NCBI GenBank assembly: GCA_047284725.1
Contig: JBJBEO010000001.1
Coordinates: 1,272,203 to 1,336,202, forward strand
Length of the DNA stretch: 64,000 nucleotides
Direction of reading: 5' to 3'
Source: Synechococcus sp.
Lineage (GTDB): Bacteria > Cyanobacteriota > Cyanobacteriia > PCC-6307 > Cyanobiaceae
Below, one piece after another: positions 10,357 through 20,658 of the stretch (positions are counted from its first letter, which is position 1; every line of letters begins with the position of its first letter). The position numbers and the translations under genes were made by a program. Below the pieces are notes generated by a model. It made no database searches, was not told the origin of the DNA, and saw nothing but the letters and a program-made list of their open reading frames with translations.

Positions 10357-11448
10357 ATGCAGCGCATCCCAGTCAACCTTGCATTGAATCCCTACGACGT
10401 TGTCATTGGCCACGGTGCCCTTCAGCATCTCGGCGATGAACTCCTGGCGACTGGGGTCTCACCAGGGAAAGTGCTCGTGGTGAGCAACCCTGATGTGGCG
10501 GAACCTTACGGGGATCGTTGCCTGACCAGTCTTCGACGCTGTGGTTTCGAACCGGAGTTACTGGTGATCGATGCCGGCGAAGACCAGAAACATCTCGGCA
10601 CCATCAGCCAGATTCACGATGCCGCCCATCGAATGCGACTGGAACGGGGCTCACTGATGGTGGCCCTCGGCGGTGGTGTTGTGGGCGACATGACGGGATT
10701 TGCCGCTGCCACATGGTTGCGCGGCGTGGCGGTGGTGCAGGTTCCTACCACTCTTCTGGCCATGGTGGACGCATCCATTGGTGGCAAAACAGGGGTGAAC
10801 CACCCGGGGGGCAAAAACCTGATCGGTGCATTCCACCAACCGAAGCTTGTCTTGATTGATCCCGAGACCCTCAGCACCCTGCCATCACGTGAATTCAGGG
10901 CTGGCATGGCTGAAGTGGTGAAGTATGGCGTGATCGGTGATTCCGACTTGTTTGAACTGCTTGAGCGCAGTGGCCGTCTCAGCGAAACAGCCGATCTCGA
11001 CGCCGCTCTTCTGCAAACCATCCTCGAGCGCTCGGCCCGGGCCAAGGCGGATGTGGTCGCGGCAGATGAACGGGAAGGTGGTAGGCGAGCGATTCTCAAT
11101 TACGGCCATACCTTTGGTCATGTGGTGGAGAACCTGACCGGGTACGGCACCTGGCTGCATGGTGAAGCCGTGGCCCTCGGCATGGTGGCCGTCGGAGAAT
11201 TGGCGGTGCAGCGAAGCGATTGGTCGCGAGACGAGGCCGACAGGCAGCGCCGTCTTCTCCAGAACTGTGGGCTGCCCACCGTGTGGCCGCCTTTGCGTGA
11301 TTCGGCGGTGCTCAACACCCTTCAAGGCGACAAGAAGGTGCAAAACGGTCGCATCCGGTTTGTGATCCCCAGCCGAATCGGGGCTGTTTCCATCTGTTCT
11401 GATGTCACCACCGAACAGATCAACGCTTGTCTTCAAGCTCTCAGTTGA
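10357..11448 (+). CDS. aroB: 3-dehydroquinate synthase
   Basis: [43 protein letters not shown]. Confidence 0.97.
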   Translation: MQRIPVNLALNPYDVVIGHGALQHLGDELLATGVSPGKVLVVSNPDVAEPYGDRCLTSLRRCGFEPELLVIDAGEDQKHLGTISQIHDAAHRMRLERGSLMVALGGGVVGDMTGFAAATWLRGVAVVQVPTTLLAMVDASIGGKTGVNHPGGKNLIGAFHQPKLVLIDPETLSTLPSREFRAGMAEVVKYGVIGDSDLFELLERSGRLSETADLDAALLQTILERSARAKADVVAADEREGGRRAILNYGHTFGHVVENLTGYGTWLHGEAVALGMVAVGELAVQRSDWSRDEADRQRRLLQNCGLPTVWPPLRDSAVLNTLQGDKKVQNGRIRFVIPSRIGAVSICSDVTTEQINACLQALS

Positions 11449-12658
11449 ATGCTGGCTGCTGGAACATCCGGCATGCCAACGGAGATAAACTCTCGCTCAG
11501 CCCCCGATCTCGTTGAAGGGCAATCCAGCGGAACTCTCCGAGGGCGGCTGGATCCACCAGGCGCAGCAGCGTTTCCCGCCTTTGCAGAGCGTTCGCAAGA
11601 GCCGTAACGGGAAGCTGTTGCAGTTGGTGCAGACGATCCGCCAGCCCCAGACTCAAGAGGGCCTCCCCTTGCCGGCATTGGCCAAGGGTCCTCCATCCCC
11701 GTTCCTCTGCGTTGGCGATGAGAGTCTCAAGACAGAGATGGGCTGTGAGGTCTGCGGTTCCGGCATGGGCGAGAAGATCTGCACTCGCCCGTTGCTTTCG
11801 ATAGGACAGCAATGTGCCCTCACTGCGCATCGCTGTGTAGTAACGACTCGCTTCAAGGGCGTAATCGACAATCAACAAGACACCCTGATCCATGGCCATC
11901 GCAGCCGAATGCAGCCAGTTGGGAAGGTCGCTATGCCATTCACTGCACCAGCCATCTGCTGCATCCTTCGGAGGAAGCTCAATCTTGCAGCGTTGCTCAG
12001 CCCAAGAGAGCTGCGCACGCAACCCATCCGGGAGGGGCTGATCCAGCCAGACCAATGAAGCGTCTGCGGAGCCATCACAACGTTTCAGGGAAACACCCAT
12101 CTGACGTAACTCACCGTCGTGCCAGATCAGTCGCTCCACCGGTAGAGCATCGAGCAGTTCATGTGCCAGAAAAATGCCGTAGGCCGGTTGGGAGGCAAGG
12201 GACTCAAGGGTGCTCCAGCGAACCGGTGGTGACACAGAGGAACCCAAACGCTCACGTTGTCGCGCCTCCATCCCCGGGTTCAACTCCACAAGCACCACCT
12301 CAAGGCGCCTGATCCAATGGGGGGCTTCACGCTGCAACACTCGGACCAGATCGGCAATGAGATCGCCCTCTCCGGGACCGAAGTCCACCAGGCTGAGGGG
12401 ATGATCCGGGCGTTCGCTAGCCAATTGATCGAACCACTGGATCACTTGCAAGCCCAGGAGCTCAGCGAAATCAGGCCCAAGTGATGGCGACGTGGCGAAA
12501 TCTCCTGAGGGGCCGACCTGCAACTGACCCGAGCCATAGGCTCCGTGCTCTGGATCATGCAGTGCCAACTGCATGAACTGATGGAACGACATCGTTCCTC
12601 CCTGCTGTTCAAAACGCGTGACCATCCAGGCAGGTGAAGGCGCACCACGGCGATCCAT
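11441..12658 (-). CDS. SAM-dependent methyltransferase, MidA/NDUFAF7 (DUF185) family
   Basis: [33 protein letters not shown] motifs; start codon uncertain. Confidence 0.88.
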   Translation of the reverse strand: MDRRGAPSPAWMVTRFEQQGGTMSFHQFMQLALHDPEHGAYGSGQLQVGPSGDFATSPSLGPDFAELLGLQVIQWFDQLASERPDHPLSLVDFGPGEGDLIADLVRVLQREAPHWIRRLEVVLVELNPGMEARQRERLGSSVSPPVRWSTLESLASQPAYGIFLAHELLDALPVERLIWHDGELRQMGVSLKRCDGSADASLVWLDQPLPDGLRAQLSWAEQRCKIELPPKDAADGWCSEWHSDLPNWLHSAAMAMDQGVLLIVDYALEASRYYTAMRSEGTLLSYRKQRASADLLAHAGTADLTAHLCLETLIANAEERGWRTLGQCRQGEALLSLGLADRLHQLQQLPVTALANALQRRETLLRLVDPAALGEFRWIALQRDRGLSESLSPLACRMFQQPAFN

Positions 12659-12689
12659 TCGAGAGAATGCCCCTGATTGCATTGAAGCC

Positions 12690-13496
12690 ATGGGAGCACA
12701 TCGAGGATTTCGCGCCCTGCTGACGATGCTCTCCTTGGTGATCCTTCTCTGGGCCTGTCCACCGGTCCAGGCCCTGGACAACCCTGAGCTGTTGCCTGAT
12801 CACCCAACCCCAGTGATCGACTTGGCCAAAGCCCTGAGTGAGCGCCAGAGGTCTGAACTTGAAACCAGTTTGACGGCCTTTGAAGAACGCACAGGCTGGA
12901 AACTGCGTGTTCTGACGCAGTACGAACGCACTCCAGGTCTGGCTGTGAAGGATTTCTGGGGACTGGATGAACGCAGCCTCCTTGTGGTTGCCGATCCAAG
13001 GGGTGGCAACCTGCTCAATTTCAACGTGGGGGATGCCTTCTTCGCGCTGATGCCCCGGACATGGTGGGTTGAGCTTCAGACCCGCTATGGCAACCAGTTT
13101 TACGTTCGCGACAACGGAGAAGATGGCGCGATTTATGCGGCGCTTGATGCAGTGGAAGTGTGCCTCGATCGTGGGGGCTGCCAGGTGGTGCCAGGGTTGC
13201 CGCTTGAGCAGTGGTTGTGGACGTTGAGCACGTCGGTGCTTGGTGGCCTGATTGCGGGCTTTGCTGCCTTCCCCAGAGAGAAGGAGGATTGGATTGCCTG
13301 GCCCTGGCTGCTGCTGCTTTCCCCTCTTTGGGTGATGTTGTTCGGAGTCTTCGGGATTGCACCGGTGGTGACTCGTACCAGTGACCTGCTTCCCGTCTTG
13401 CGAAACGGACTGGGATTCCTTGGTGGCGCAGTGGTGGCTTACCTGATCGCACAGGCGACAGTGGGTCGGAAACTGGAAGACCAGGAGGAGGGCTGA
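12690..13496 (+). CDS. TPM domain-containing membrane protein
   Basis: TPVIDLAKAL, GWKLRVLTQYERTPG, ELQTRYGNQFYV; signal peptide plus C-terminal TM helices. Confidence 0.85.
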   Translation: MGAHRGFRALLTMLSLVILLWACPPVQALDNPELLPDHPTPVIDLAKALSERQRSELETSLTAFEERTGWKLRVLTQYERTPGLAVKDFWGLDERSLLVVADPRGGNLLNFNVGDAFFALMPRTWWVELQTRYGNQFYVRDNGEDGAIYAALDAVEVCLDRGGCQVVPGLPLEQWLWTLSTSVLGGLIAGFAAFPREKEDWIAWPWLLLLSPLWVMLFGVFGIAPVVTRTSDLLPVLRNGLGFLGGAVVAYLIAQATVGRKLEDQEEG

Positions 13497-13534
13497 ACGC
13501 ATTCAGCGCCTCGCTTCATCTTCTTACCGGACTG

Positions 13535-14281
13535 TCAAAAGCCGCAAAGAATGGTCGGTGGTGGGCACACTGTTTGGGAGGTCTTGCCTGAATCCTCACG
13601 TCCTTTGGTGTTGGAGAGTTGCTGACGGCGTTGATCGCGGGCTAAGCGAAGCTGAGCGAGACTCGCGTTGTAAAAACGGTGCAGATTGGTGAATCGCTTC
13701 ACCGGCTGGCCGTAATAGCTGACGCCGCGAAGAGTTGGAAACGAGGCCCACTCAGGAGCCAGCAACGCGGCAAGCTGAGGGGTGAGATGACCTGAATCAG
13801 CCAGACCCAGTGCTTTTCTCCGTTGGATCAGATAGATGGCACCTTGATCCTGAGCTTCTGGCCCAAACCCACGGACTCCGATATTGCGCTGCACCATCGT
13901 CCAGGTGAAGGGCATGAACTGGTACGCACCGGCGGCGGCACTGGCGTAGCGGGAGGAATAAATCACGCGATTGGGATGGCGATCAAGAGACGCCATCAGG
14001 CCGCCGCCGAACATCACCCTGTAGCCGAGGTCAAGGCCACCTTTCCAGGTGCCCTCGGCATATCGAATCGTATTCAACAAGGCACGGCGCTCGGGGGTGA
14101 TCACGTAGGGAAGACCCAACACCGGCCTTTCCTCAGGAAGCTGGACTGTGACCGAACGGGCGCTGCTCTTGAGAGAGGGCAGGCTGACTGATGCCGCAAC
14201 AGCGGGCAAAGGAATGATCGAGACTGTGCTTGCGACGGCCGCCAGAGCGAAGCGAGATGCGGACGATGCAAGGACAGTCAT
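13535..14281 (-). CDS. Glycoside hydrolase family 104 (lambda-lysozyme-like muramidase)
   Basis: ALLNTIRYAEGT (catalytic Glu), SAAAGAYQF..TW, F.P..QD, EWASFP; signal peptide. Confidence 0.9.
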   Translation of the reverse strand: MTVLASSASRFALAAVASTVSIIPLPAVAASVSLPSLKSSARSVTVQLPEERPVLGLPYVITPERRALLNTIRYAEGTWKGGLDLGYRVMFGGGLMASLDRHPNRVIYSSRYASAAAGAYQFMPFTWTMVQRNIGVRGFGPEAQDQGAIYLIQRRKALGLADSGHLTPQLAALLAPEWASFPTLRGVSYYGQPVKRFTNLHRFYNASLAQLRLARDQRRQQLSNTKGREDSGKTSQTVCPPPTILCGF

Positions 14282-14543
14282 AAAAAGGGTTCAGGGAGCA
14301 ATGCCGCAACTGCGACGCGCAAGCAACCAAATCGCATGGAGCTCACGAACCGGCCTGAGCCGGATAAGCACAACATCAGAGTGTTGAGCTCACAGCACAC
14401 CTTCACGGAGCAATGCACCAACCCCAACCAACAGATGGACAGAGAATCAATCGTCTGCAACCAAATAAGCGACGATCAATTGCGCCGAATTCAAGTTGTC
14501 GCCTCAAGGGATTTGCGGACGGAATCAATCCAATCAGATCCAT

Positions 14544-15668
14544 TCAATTGGATAAGCAGCTCTGATCAATGCCATTCAAGGCGTCTGCCTCGTTCTCCGC
14601 AACAGCGACAATTACATCAGCAGCAGTGGCAGCACCATCCAGAGCGAGTTCCTCCTCTGAAGGAGCCACCAAGGCTTGATCGAGCTGCCAATCTCCATCA
14701 GCCAGGGACGTCCGCGTCAGGAAGCGGTGCCGGCCATGACGCCGCAGACCATGCATCAACGCTGCTGCCTCGGCGAAGCCCTCACGGTGCACCGCGTGCA
14801 CTCCCAGGTGGTTGGACAGTGCTTCCGAAAAGGTACTGAAGCCAGGTTTACCCAGCAGTCGTCTGCAGACTGGCATCACATCAACGGGCCTGACCCCGCT
14901 TGGCAGGAGCGTGACGTTCGCTTGCTGTTCGAGTAGCGGCCTGACCTCAGGTGCTTGTGGTGCTGCCAAGAGGAACTGGTGGTCGGGCCAGAGCTTGAAG
15001 AGCTCTGGATCCAGATGGAAGCCAAGGCCGCCAAATCCAACCAGCACCTTGGGTTGCTGGCTTGGATTCAGCTGCCGTTGCACCGGTTCAGGCAGAGGAC
15101 GGGGTTCCGCTGCTGTCAAGCCGATCCTGAGGGTGGGCAGCCCCCAATTCATGGCCAGATCAAAAGGCATGCGCAGGAGGAGATCGGCCTGGCAGTAGGC
15201 CTGCCTCGCCCTTTCCACATACGGAGCAAAGCGTTGGCCGAGCGGGTCATAGATATCGTCCCAACCAAAGTTGCCCATCCACACCAGGGGAGCCTGAACC
15301 CTTTCGGCAAGCTCCGCCAGAGACGGAGGGATGTCACCCACCACCACCACGGGGGTGTTCTGGGCACGGAGCCAACCCACCTCCTGCTCGAGTTGTGCTG
15401 GTAGTGCTGCATCCAGTGCTGCCAGGGCAGCAAGGGTGGCCTGGGGGTCTGCACTGAGGGCATCCGCCTGGGCCATTCCCACATCCCAGCGCAGCTGACG
15501 CCATTCCACGGGAATGCCCTTGAAAACCAGGCGCAGAAATCTGGAATCCACCGCAGTGCTCACCACCAGGCGCCAGTCGGGCCTGCGTTGATGCAGTGCC
15601 GTGAGCACTGCAGCCTGCCGCGCAGCATGGCCATAGCCATGGCTGCTGATACCGACGTAGATCAGCAT
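14544..15668 (-). CDS. GT-B fold glycosyltransferase-like protein
   Basis: ISSHGYGHAAR, DVGM.Q.D, NFGWDDIY, KPGFSTFSEA motifs. Confidence 0.75.
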   Translation of the reverse strand: MLIYVGISSHGYGHAARQAAVLTALHQRRPDWRLVVSTAVDSRFLRLVFKGIPVEWRQLRWDVGMAQADALSADPQATLAALAALDAALPAQLEQEVGWLRAQNTPVVVVGDIPPSLAELAERVQAPLVWMGNFGWDDIYDPLGQRFAPYVERARQAYCQADLLLRMPFDLAMNWGLPTLRIGLTAAEPRPLPEPVQRQLNPSQQPKVLVGFGGLGFHLDPELFKLWPDHQFLLAAPQAPEVRPLLEQQANVTLLPSGVRPVDVMPVCRRLLGKPGFSTFSEALSNHLGVHAVHREGFAEAAALMHGLRRHGRHRFLTRTSLADGDWQLDQALVAPSEEELALDGAATAADVIVAVAENEADALNGIDQSCLSN

Positions 15669-16549
15669 CTGCGGCGATCCTCAACACGCTCTCGCTCATA
15701 CAAGGTTTCTGCGTAGGCAACCCGGCCGTCAGCGAGAAACCAACGATGACTCACATGGCTGAGCTGGTCATCCTCAAATTCAACCCAGGAGAAGTGGCAG
15801 AGCTCTCGGCCACGTTGATCCAGTCCTCTGCGAGGAACGCAGGCGGCATTGAGGAAAACGGTGCCACGTCGGTCCTGATGAAAGGTGCGGCGTTCACCTT
15901 GGCGTCCTTTCAGACGATGGTGCATGTGGCCAAACACCACCAGCTGCGGTGATCGCTGGCGGCTCAACTGGTCGAGAGCCAGCGCCAGATCCGCATCACC
16001 CCAGTCACAGGCTGGAGACTTCCAATCCCTGCCGCACGGATCTTTCGCGTCAGAGCCAAGGCCACGGGGCCCGCAGTGGGCCAGCAACACCAGGGGCCAA
16101 TCCTCCGGGACCGAGTCACAGGCTTCAACGATTCGCTGCGCCGATTCCTCCACGCTGATCGGACCCACGACGGCCTCCACGGCCCTCGAAAGATGGAAGC
16201 CCCCCCCAGCGGTGCCTGGCCGACAGCCAACCACACCCAAACGGGGCAACTGCCAGCAGCGTTGGCGCCACCCGCAGTGCAGATCACCCAGTAGATCGAG
16301 TTGACGCTGGAACACACCTCCGCTGCGATCTTGACCGCGATCGTGATTGCCAAGAATCACCGCCACCGGGTGGGGTAAACGGGTGATGGCCTTGGTGAGG
16401 CGCAGGTCACCATCACTAAGGTCACCCACGAACAGCACCGCATCGGGAGCGAGGCGTTCCAACAGGGCCGCATCGGCATCACACCAGTCACCGTGCAGAT
16501 CCCCTGCGATGGCAAGCCGAAGGCGGGAGCGCGAAGGTGTCAGGGGCAA
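15662..16549 (-). CDS. TIGR04168-family calcineurin-like metallophosphoesterase
   Basis: GDLH, VGD, GNHD, LAH, FGHMH metal motifs; LNAACVPR. Confidence 0.88.
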   Translation of the reverse strand: MPLTPSRSRLRLAIAGDLHGDWCDADAALLERLAPDAVLFVGDLSDGDLRLTKAITRLPHPVAVILGNHDRGQDRSGGVFQRQLDLLGDLHCGWRQRCWQLPRLGVVGCRPGTAGGGFHLSRAVEAVVGPISVEESAQRIVEACDSVPEDWPLVLLAHCGPRGLGSDAKDPCGRDWKSPACDWGDADLALALDQLSRQRSPQLVVFGHMHHRLKGRQGERRTFHQDRRGTVFLNAACVPRRGLDQRGRELCHFSWVEFEDDQLSHVSHRWFLADGRVAYAETLYERERVEDRRRC

Positions 16550-16587
16550 TGCCTAGGCTGTGGCCCATCCTGCCGCAGATGGTCCAG

Positions 16588-17559
16588 ATGACCGTTGATT
16601 CCACCCCATCGACGGTCCCGTCTGCTTCCCCGGCGCCTGCAGAACTCCCAGCAGCGATCAACGCCCTGCGCCGGGAGAAAAACGCTGTGATCCTGGCGCA
16701 TTACTACCAGGAGCCCGAAGTCCAGGACATCGCTGATTTCATCGGTGATTCGCTGGAGTTGTCGCGCAAAGCCGCCAACACCGATGCGGATGTGATCGTC
16801 TTCTGCGGCGTGCACTTCATGGCCGAGACCGCCAAGATCCTCAGCCCTCAGAAAACTGTTCTGCTGCCGGATCTCGAGGCCGGCTGCTCCTTGGCGGATG
16901 ACTGCCCGGCTGAGGCGTTTGCCGCTTTCCGAGCTGAGCATCCCGACCACTTCGTGGTGAGTTACATCAATTGCAGTGCGGCGGTGAAAGCCCAGAGCGA
17001 TCTGATCTGCACCAGCAGTAACGCCGTTGATCTGGTGCGCCAATTGCCGGCTGACCGACCGATTCTGTTTGCACCCGATCGCAATCTGGGCCGCTGGGTC
17101 CAGGATCAAAGCAGACGGGAGCTGACCCTGTGGCCAGGGCGCTGCATCGTGCATGAAACCTTCAGCGAAGAAGCGCTGCTCAAGCTCCAACTGCAACATC
17201 CAGAGGCTGAAGTCATCGCCCATCCGGAGTGCGTCCAACCGCTGCTGGATCTGGCCGACTTCATCGGCTCCACCAGCAAGTTGTTGAACTACGCCGAAAC
17301 CAGCAGCTCCAACACCTTCATTGTGCTCACGGAGCCCGGCATCATTCATCAGATGCAACGGCGCTTACCCCACAAGCAGTTTCTCGATGTGCCTGGCACC
17401 GATGGCTGCAGCTGCAACGCCTGCCCTTATATGCGCCTGAACACCCTTGAAAAGCTGTGGCGCTGCCTCGCCACTGGAGCACCAGAGATCGAAATGGATG
17501 AAACCTTGCGCCAACGCGCTCTCAAGCCGATTGAGGCCATGCTCGCGATGAGCCAGTAA
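16588..17559 (+). CDS. nadA: Quinolinate synthase A
   Basis: [46 protein letters not shown]. Confidence 0.97.
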   Translation: MTVDSTPSTVPSASPAPAELPAAINALRREKNAVILAHYYQEPEVQDIADFIGDSLELSRKAANTDADVIVFCGVHFMAETAKILSPQKTVLLPDLEAGCSLADDCPAEAFAAFRAEHPDHFVVSYINCSAAVKAQSDLICTSSNAVDLVRQLPADRPILFAPDRNLGRWVQDQSRRELTLWPGRCIVHETFSEEALLKLQLQHPEAEVIAHPECVQPLLDLADFIGSTSKLLNYAETSSSNTFIVLTEPGIIHQMQRRLPHKQFLDVPGTDGCSCNACPYMRLNTLEKLWRCLATGAPEIEMDETLRQRALKPIEAMLAMSQ

Positions 17560-17577
17560 CCGAAACGATTGATACCC

Positions 17578-17958
17578 ATGCGCAAACGCGTCGCCACTTG
17601 CATCACAGCCTTCTGTTGTGCAGGGGTGATGGGATGCACGCCAGCCAAAACACAAGACTTGACCATGGACGACCTCTACAACGCCCTCGATACGGTCGGC
17701 TTGGAGGTGAAGGATCGAAAACCTCAAATTGCCAAATTCATCAAAGCTGAAGTCGGCGAAGCGTTTTCGATCAACGGCACCCGCTGTGAGGTGTACGTGT
17801 GGGATCTGAACAGCGAAGAGGGTGCCTGGGGCTACGACAACACCAAGCAATTCGGTTTCTACGGCGGCGAGACCGTGATGGTCAAAAACATCGGCGTGAC
17901 CTGCAAAGGAAACACTGCAGATGGCATCAAGGTGCTGAGCATCGCCAGGGAGCTGTGA
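17578..17958 (+). CDS. Hypothetical lipoprotein
   Basis: Basic N-terminus, hydrophobic stretch and lipobox-like VMG-C; host-like codon usage. Confidence 0.75.
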   Translation: MRKRVATCITAFCCAGVMGCTPAKTQDLTMDDLYNALDTVGLEVKDRKPQIAKFIKAEVGEAFSINGTRCEVYVWDLNSEEGAWGYDNTKQFGFYGGETVMVKNIGVTCKGNTADGIKVLSIAREL

Positions 17959-17970
17959 GTCACCCACTGC

Positions 17971-18948
17971 ATGACTGTGCTCGTCAACACCGCTGAAGGG
18001 TTGTATTGCCCGGCTGCCAGGGCTTGGATTGATCCCCATCGACCGGTGCAGCGGGCACTGATCACCCATGCCCATGCCGACCACGCCCGGCCAGGTTGTG
18101 ATGAATACTGGGCCACTGCAGCCAGTGAAGGAATCCTGCGCCAGAGGCTGGGTCAAACGATCAACCTGTGCACCCTCAACTACGGCGAGCAACAATCCAT
18201 CGGTGATGCCCAGGTGTCCTTTCACAGTGCGGGACACGTGCTGGGCAGTGCACAGATCCGACTGGAGGTGAAGGGTGAGGTCTGGGTGGTCACCGGTGAT
18301 TACAAGCGCTGCCCCGATCCCAGTTGTGCCCCCTTTGAATCGGTGCCATGCGATGTGCTGATCACCGAGGCAACCTTTGCGCTGCCGATCTATCGCTGGC
18401 GTGATGGGGCCACGCTGGCCCGCAACATTCAAGACTGGTGGCAAGGCGATCGCAGCCGGCCTTCACTGCTGTTCTGTTACGCCTTTGGCAAAGCCCAACG
18501 GATCCTGGCCGAACTGGCAGCAATCGGCGTTGAAGAAGAAGTGCTGTTGCACGGAGCCGTGGAGACCGTCACGCGCCACTACCGGGATGCGGCGATCCCG
18601 ATGGTGCCCAGCCGGCCAGTGAGTGACATTCCCAGGAAAGAATCACTCGCAGGACGCCTGGTGCTTGCGCCACCATCCGCCCATCGCTCGAGTTGGATGC
18701 GACGCTTTCCCTCACCCCAAACAGCCTTTGCCTCCGGCTGGATGGCCGTGCGCGGTGCCCGACGCCGCAAGGGCTACGAACGGGGATTCGTGCTCAGCGA
18801 CCATGCCGACTGGCAAGGACTGATCCGCACCGTGAAGGACAGTCGTGCCAAGCAGGTGTACGTCACCCACGGCCAGAACGATGTGCTGGCGCGCTACCTC
18901 ATGGAAGTGGAAGGGATCCAGGCAGCGCCCTTGGCCGCACTCGGCTGA
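17971..18948 (+). CDS. Ligase-associated DNA damage response exonuclease (metallo-beta-lactamase/beta-CASP)
   Basis: ITHAHADHAR, AGHVLGSAQ, GDYK, ITEATF, YAFGKAQR, LSDHADW, THG. Confidence 0.94.
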   Translation: MTVLVNTAEGLYCPAARAWIDPHRPVQRALITHAHADHARPGCDEYWATAASEGILRQRLGQTINLCTLNYGEQQSIGDAQVSFHSAGHVLGSAQIRLEVKGEVWVVTGDYKRCPDPSCAPFESVPCDVLITEATFALPIYRWRDGATLARNIQDWWQGDRSRPSLLFCYAFGKAQRILAELAAIGVEEEVLLHGAVETVTRHYRDAAIPMVPSRPVSDIPRKESLAGRLVLAPPSAHRSSWMRRFPSPQTAFASGWMAVRGARRRKGYERGFVLSDHADWQGLIRTVKDSRAKQVYVTHGQNDVLARYLMEVEGIQAAPLAALG

Positions 18949-18951
18949 GTC

Positions 18952-20658
18952 GTGGAACGGTTTACCCAACTCATCGATGCCCTCGACAGCAGCAGTGGAT
19001 CCAAGCGCAAGGTTGAACTGTTGCGCTCGTATCTCGCTGAAGTTGCCCCTGACGATGGCAGCTGGTCTCTCACCTTGCTGCTCGGGGAACGGCGCAAACG
19101 GCTGATCACGGGCCGGCGGCTGCGCGAGATCCTTCAGGCCAGCACCTCGCTTCCCGACTGGCTGTTTGAGGATTGCCACAGCCATGTGGGCGATTCGGCA
19201 GAAACTGTGGCCCTGCTCTGGCCCCAGCTACGAGAACAGCTCTCAGCACCTCCGTCGCTCGACGACACAAATCTGACTCCGCTTCTGCAACACATTCCGG
19301 AAAGCCCACCATTGCATTGGTGGATGGAGTCGCTTTTGCCCACCATCGCCAGCTGTGGACAGGAGCTGCAGCAGCAGGCGATGACAGCCCTGTGGTCTGC
19401 AGTGCCGGAGGAGCGCCATTTCCTGCTCAACAAATTGCTCACCGGCGGCTTCCGCATCGGTGTGGCCCGCGGACTGGTGGTGAAGGCCGTTGCCTCCGCC
19501 TTTGCACTGGAGGAAACCACGGTGCTGGAGCGCCTGATGGGGCCCGTCGAACCCACCGCCGCATGGTTTGAACACCTGCGCGCGGCGCAGGATGTGACCC
19601 GAACGAATCGCGGAGCGGTGCCCTATCCCTTTTTTCTGGCCAGCCCACTGCAGCGCGAAACGGTCAGCGCAACCGCACCGGAAAGTTGGTGGATTGAATG
19701 GAAATGGGATGGCATTCGCGGGCAACTGATCCGACGTGAGGAAGGAGTGTTTCTCTGGAGCCGGGGCGAGGAACTGATCAACGCCAGTGTTCCGGAACTG
19801 GTGGCGATGGCCGAGAACCTGCCGTTCAACACGGTGCTGGATGGGGAAGTGATCTGTTGGCAACAACAGGAGAGCAGACCCATGCCCTTCTCCAGCCTGC
19901 AACGACGACTGGGACGCAAACGGGTGGGAACGAAGTTGCAGCGGGAGTGGCCGGTGCAATTCGTCGCCTACGACCTGCTGGAAAACGAGGGCACGGATCT
20001 CCGTGACCAACCCCTCAAGGAACGTCTGAACGCACTCCAAATCCATTGCCAATCCATCCAGGGACCAGAGGCTTGGCGACTCCGGCAAAGCCAGGGAGAA
20101 GCGCTGAAGCACTGGGACGATCTCGACAGACTGCGCCAGCTGGCCGGTGAGGGAGGGGCTGAAGGGCTGATGCTCAAACAGTTGCAGTCGCCTTACCTCG
20201 CAGGGCGCAAGCGCGGGCACTGGTGGAAACACAAGCTCGAGCCGATGACCCTCGATGCGGTGCTGATCTACGCCCAGGCAGGCACGGGCCGCCGCGCCAA
20301 TCTGTTCACCGATTACACCTTTGCTCTTTGGGACCGCAGCGCCGACAATCCCAGCGACCATCAACTGGTGACCTTCGCGAAGGCCTACTCGGGCCTTAAC
20401 GACGACGAGATCCTGACGTTGGATCGCTGGATTCGCCGCCACACGCGGGAGCGCTTTGGGCCCACCCGAGTGGTGGAACCGGAGTTGGTGTTTGAAATCG
20501 GGTTTGAGGGGATCCAACCCTCCAAACGCCACAAATGTGGTCTGGCGGTGCGGTTTCCGCGCATCCTGCGCTGGCGGAACGACCGCACCGCCGACAGTGC
20601 TGACAGCCTCAGCAGCGCCCAGGCGCTGTTGCGACAGAGGCAGGAGCCTGGCGGATGA
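18952..20658 (+). CDS. ATP-dependent DNA ligase (ligase-associated DNA damage response family)
   Basis: Motif I EWKWDGIR, LDGE, YDLL, EGLMLK, WWKHK, AVRFPRI. Confidence 0.96.
   Translation: MERFTQLIDALDSSSGSKRKVELLRSYLAEVAPDDGSWSLTLLLGERRKRLITGRRLREILQASTSLPDWLFEDCHSHVGDSAETVALLWPQLREQLSAPPSLDDTNLTPLLQHIPESPPLHWWMESLLPTIASCGQELQQQAMTALWSAVPEERHFLLNKLLTGGFRIGVARGLVVKAVASAFALEETTVLERLMGPVEPTAAWFEHLRAAQDVTRTNRGAVPYPFFLASPLQRETVSATAPESWWIEWKWDGIRGQLIRREEGVFLWSRGEELINASVPELVAMAENLPFNTVLDGEVICWQQQESRPMPFSSLQRRLGRKRVGTKLQREWPVQFVAYDLLENEGTDLRDQPLKERLNALQIHCQSIQGPEAWRLRQSQGEALKHWDDLDRLRQLAGEGGAEGLMLKQLQSPYLAGRKRGHWWKHKLEPMTLDAVLIYAQAGTGRRANLFTDYTFALWDRSADNPSDHQLVTFAKAYSGLNDDEILTLDRWIRRHTRERFGPTRVVEPELVFEIGFEGIQPSKRHKCGLAVRFPRILRWRNDRTADSADSLSSAQALLRQRQEPGG

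Noticed and set aside
13535..14281. Prophage endolysin suggesting a prophage
   Set aside because: No holin, structural, integrase or replication genes nearby; it has a signal peptide and host-like composition
14336..14839. 167-aa plus-strand ORF
   Set aside because: Overlaps the GT gene antisense and has a low-complexity, non-protein-like sequence
19243..20532. Long antisense ORFs (also 48307-49713, 49726-50868, 44806-45735, 17365-18444, 1124-1984)
   Set aside because: Shadow frames of GC-rich, well-supported genes with no recognisable motifs
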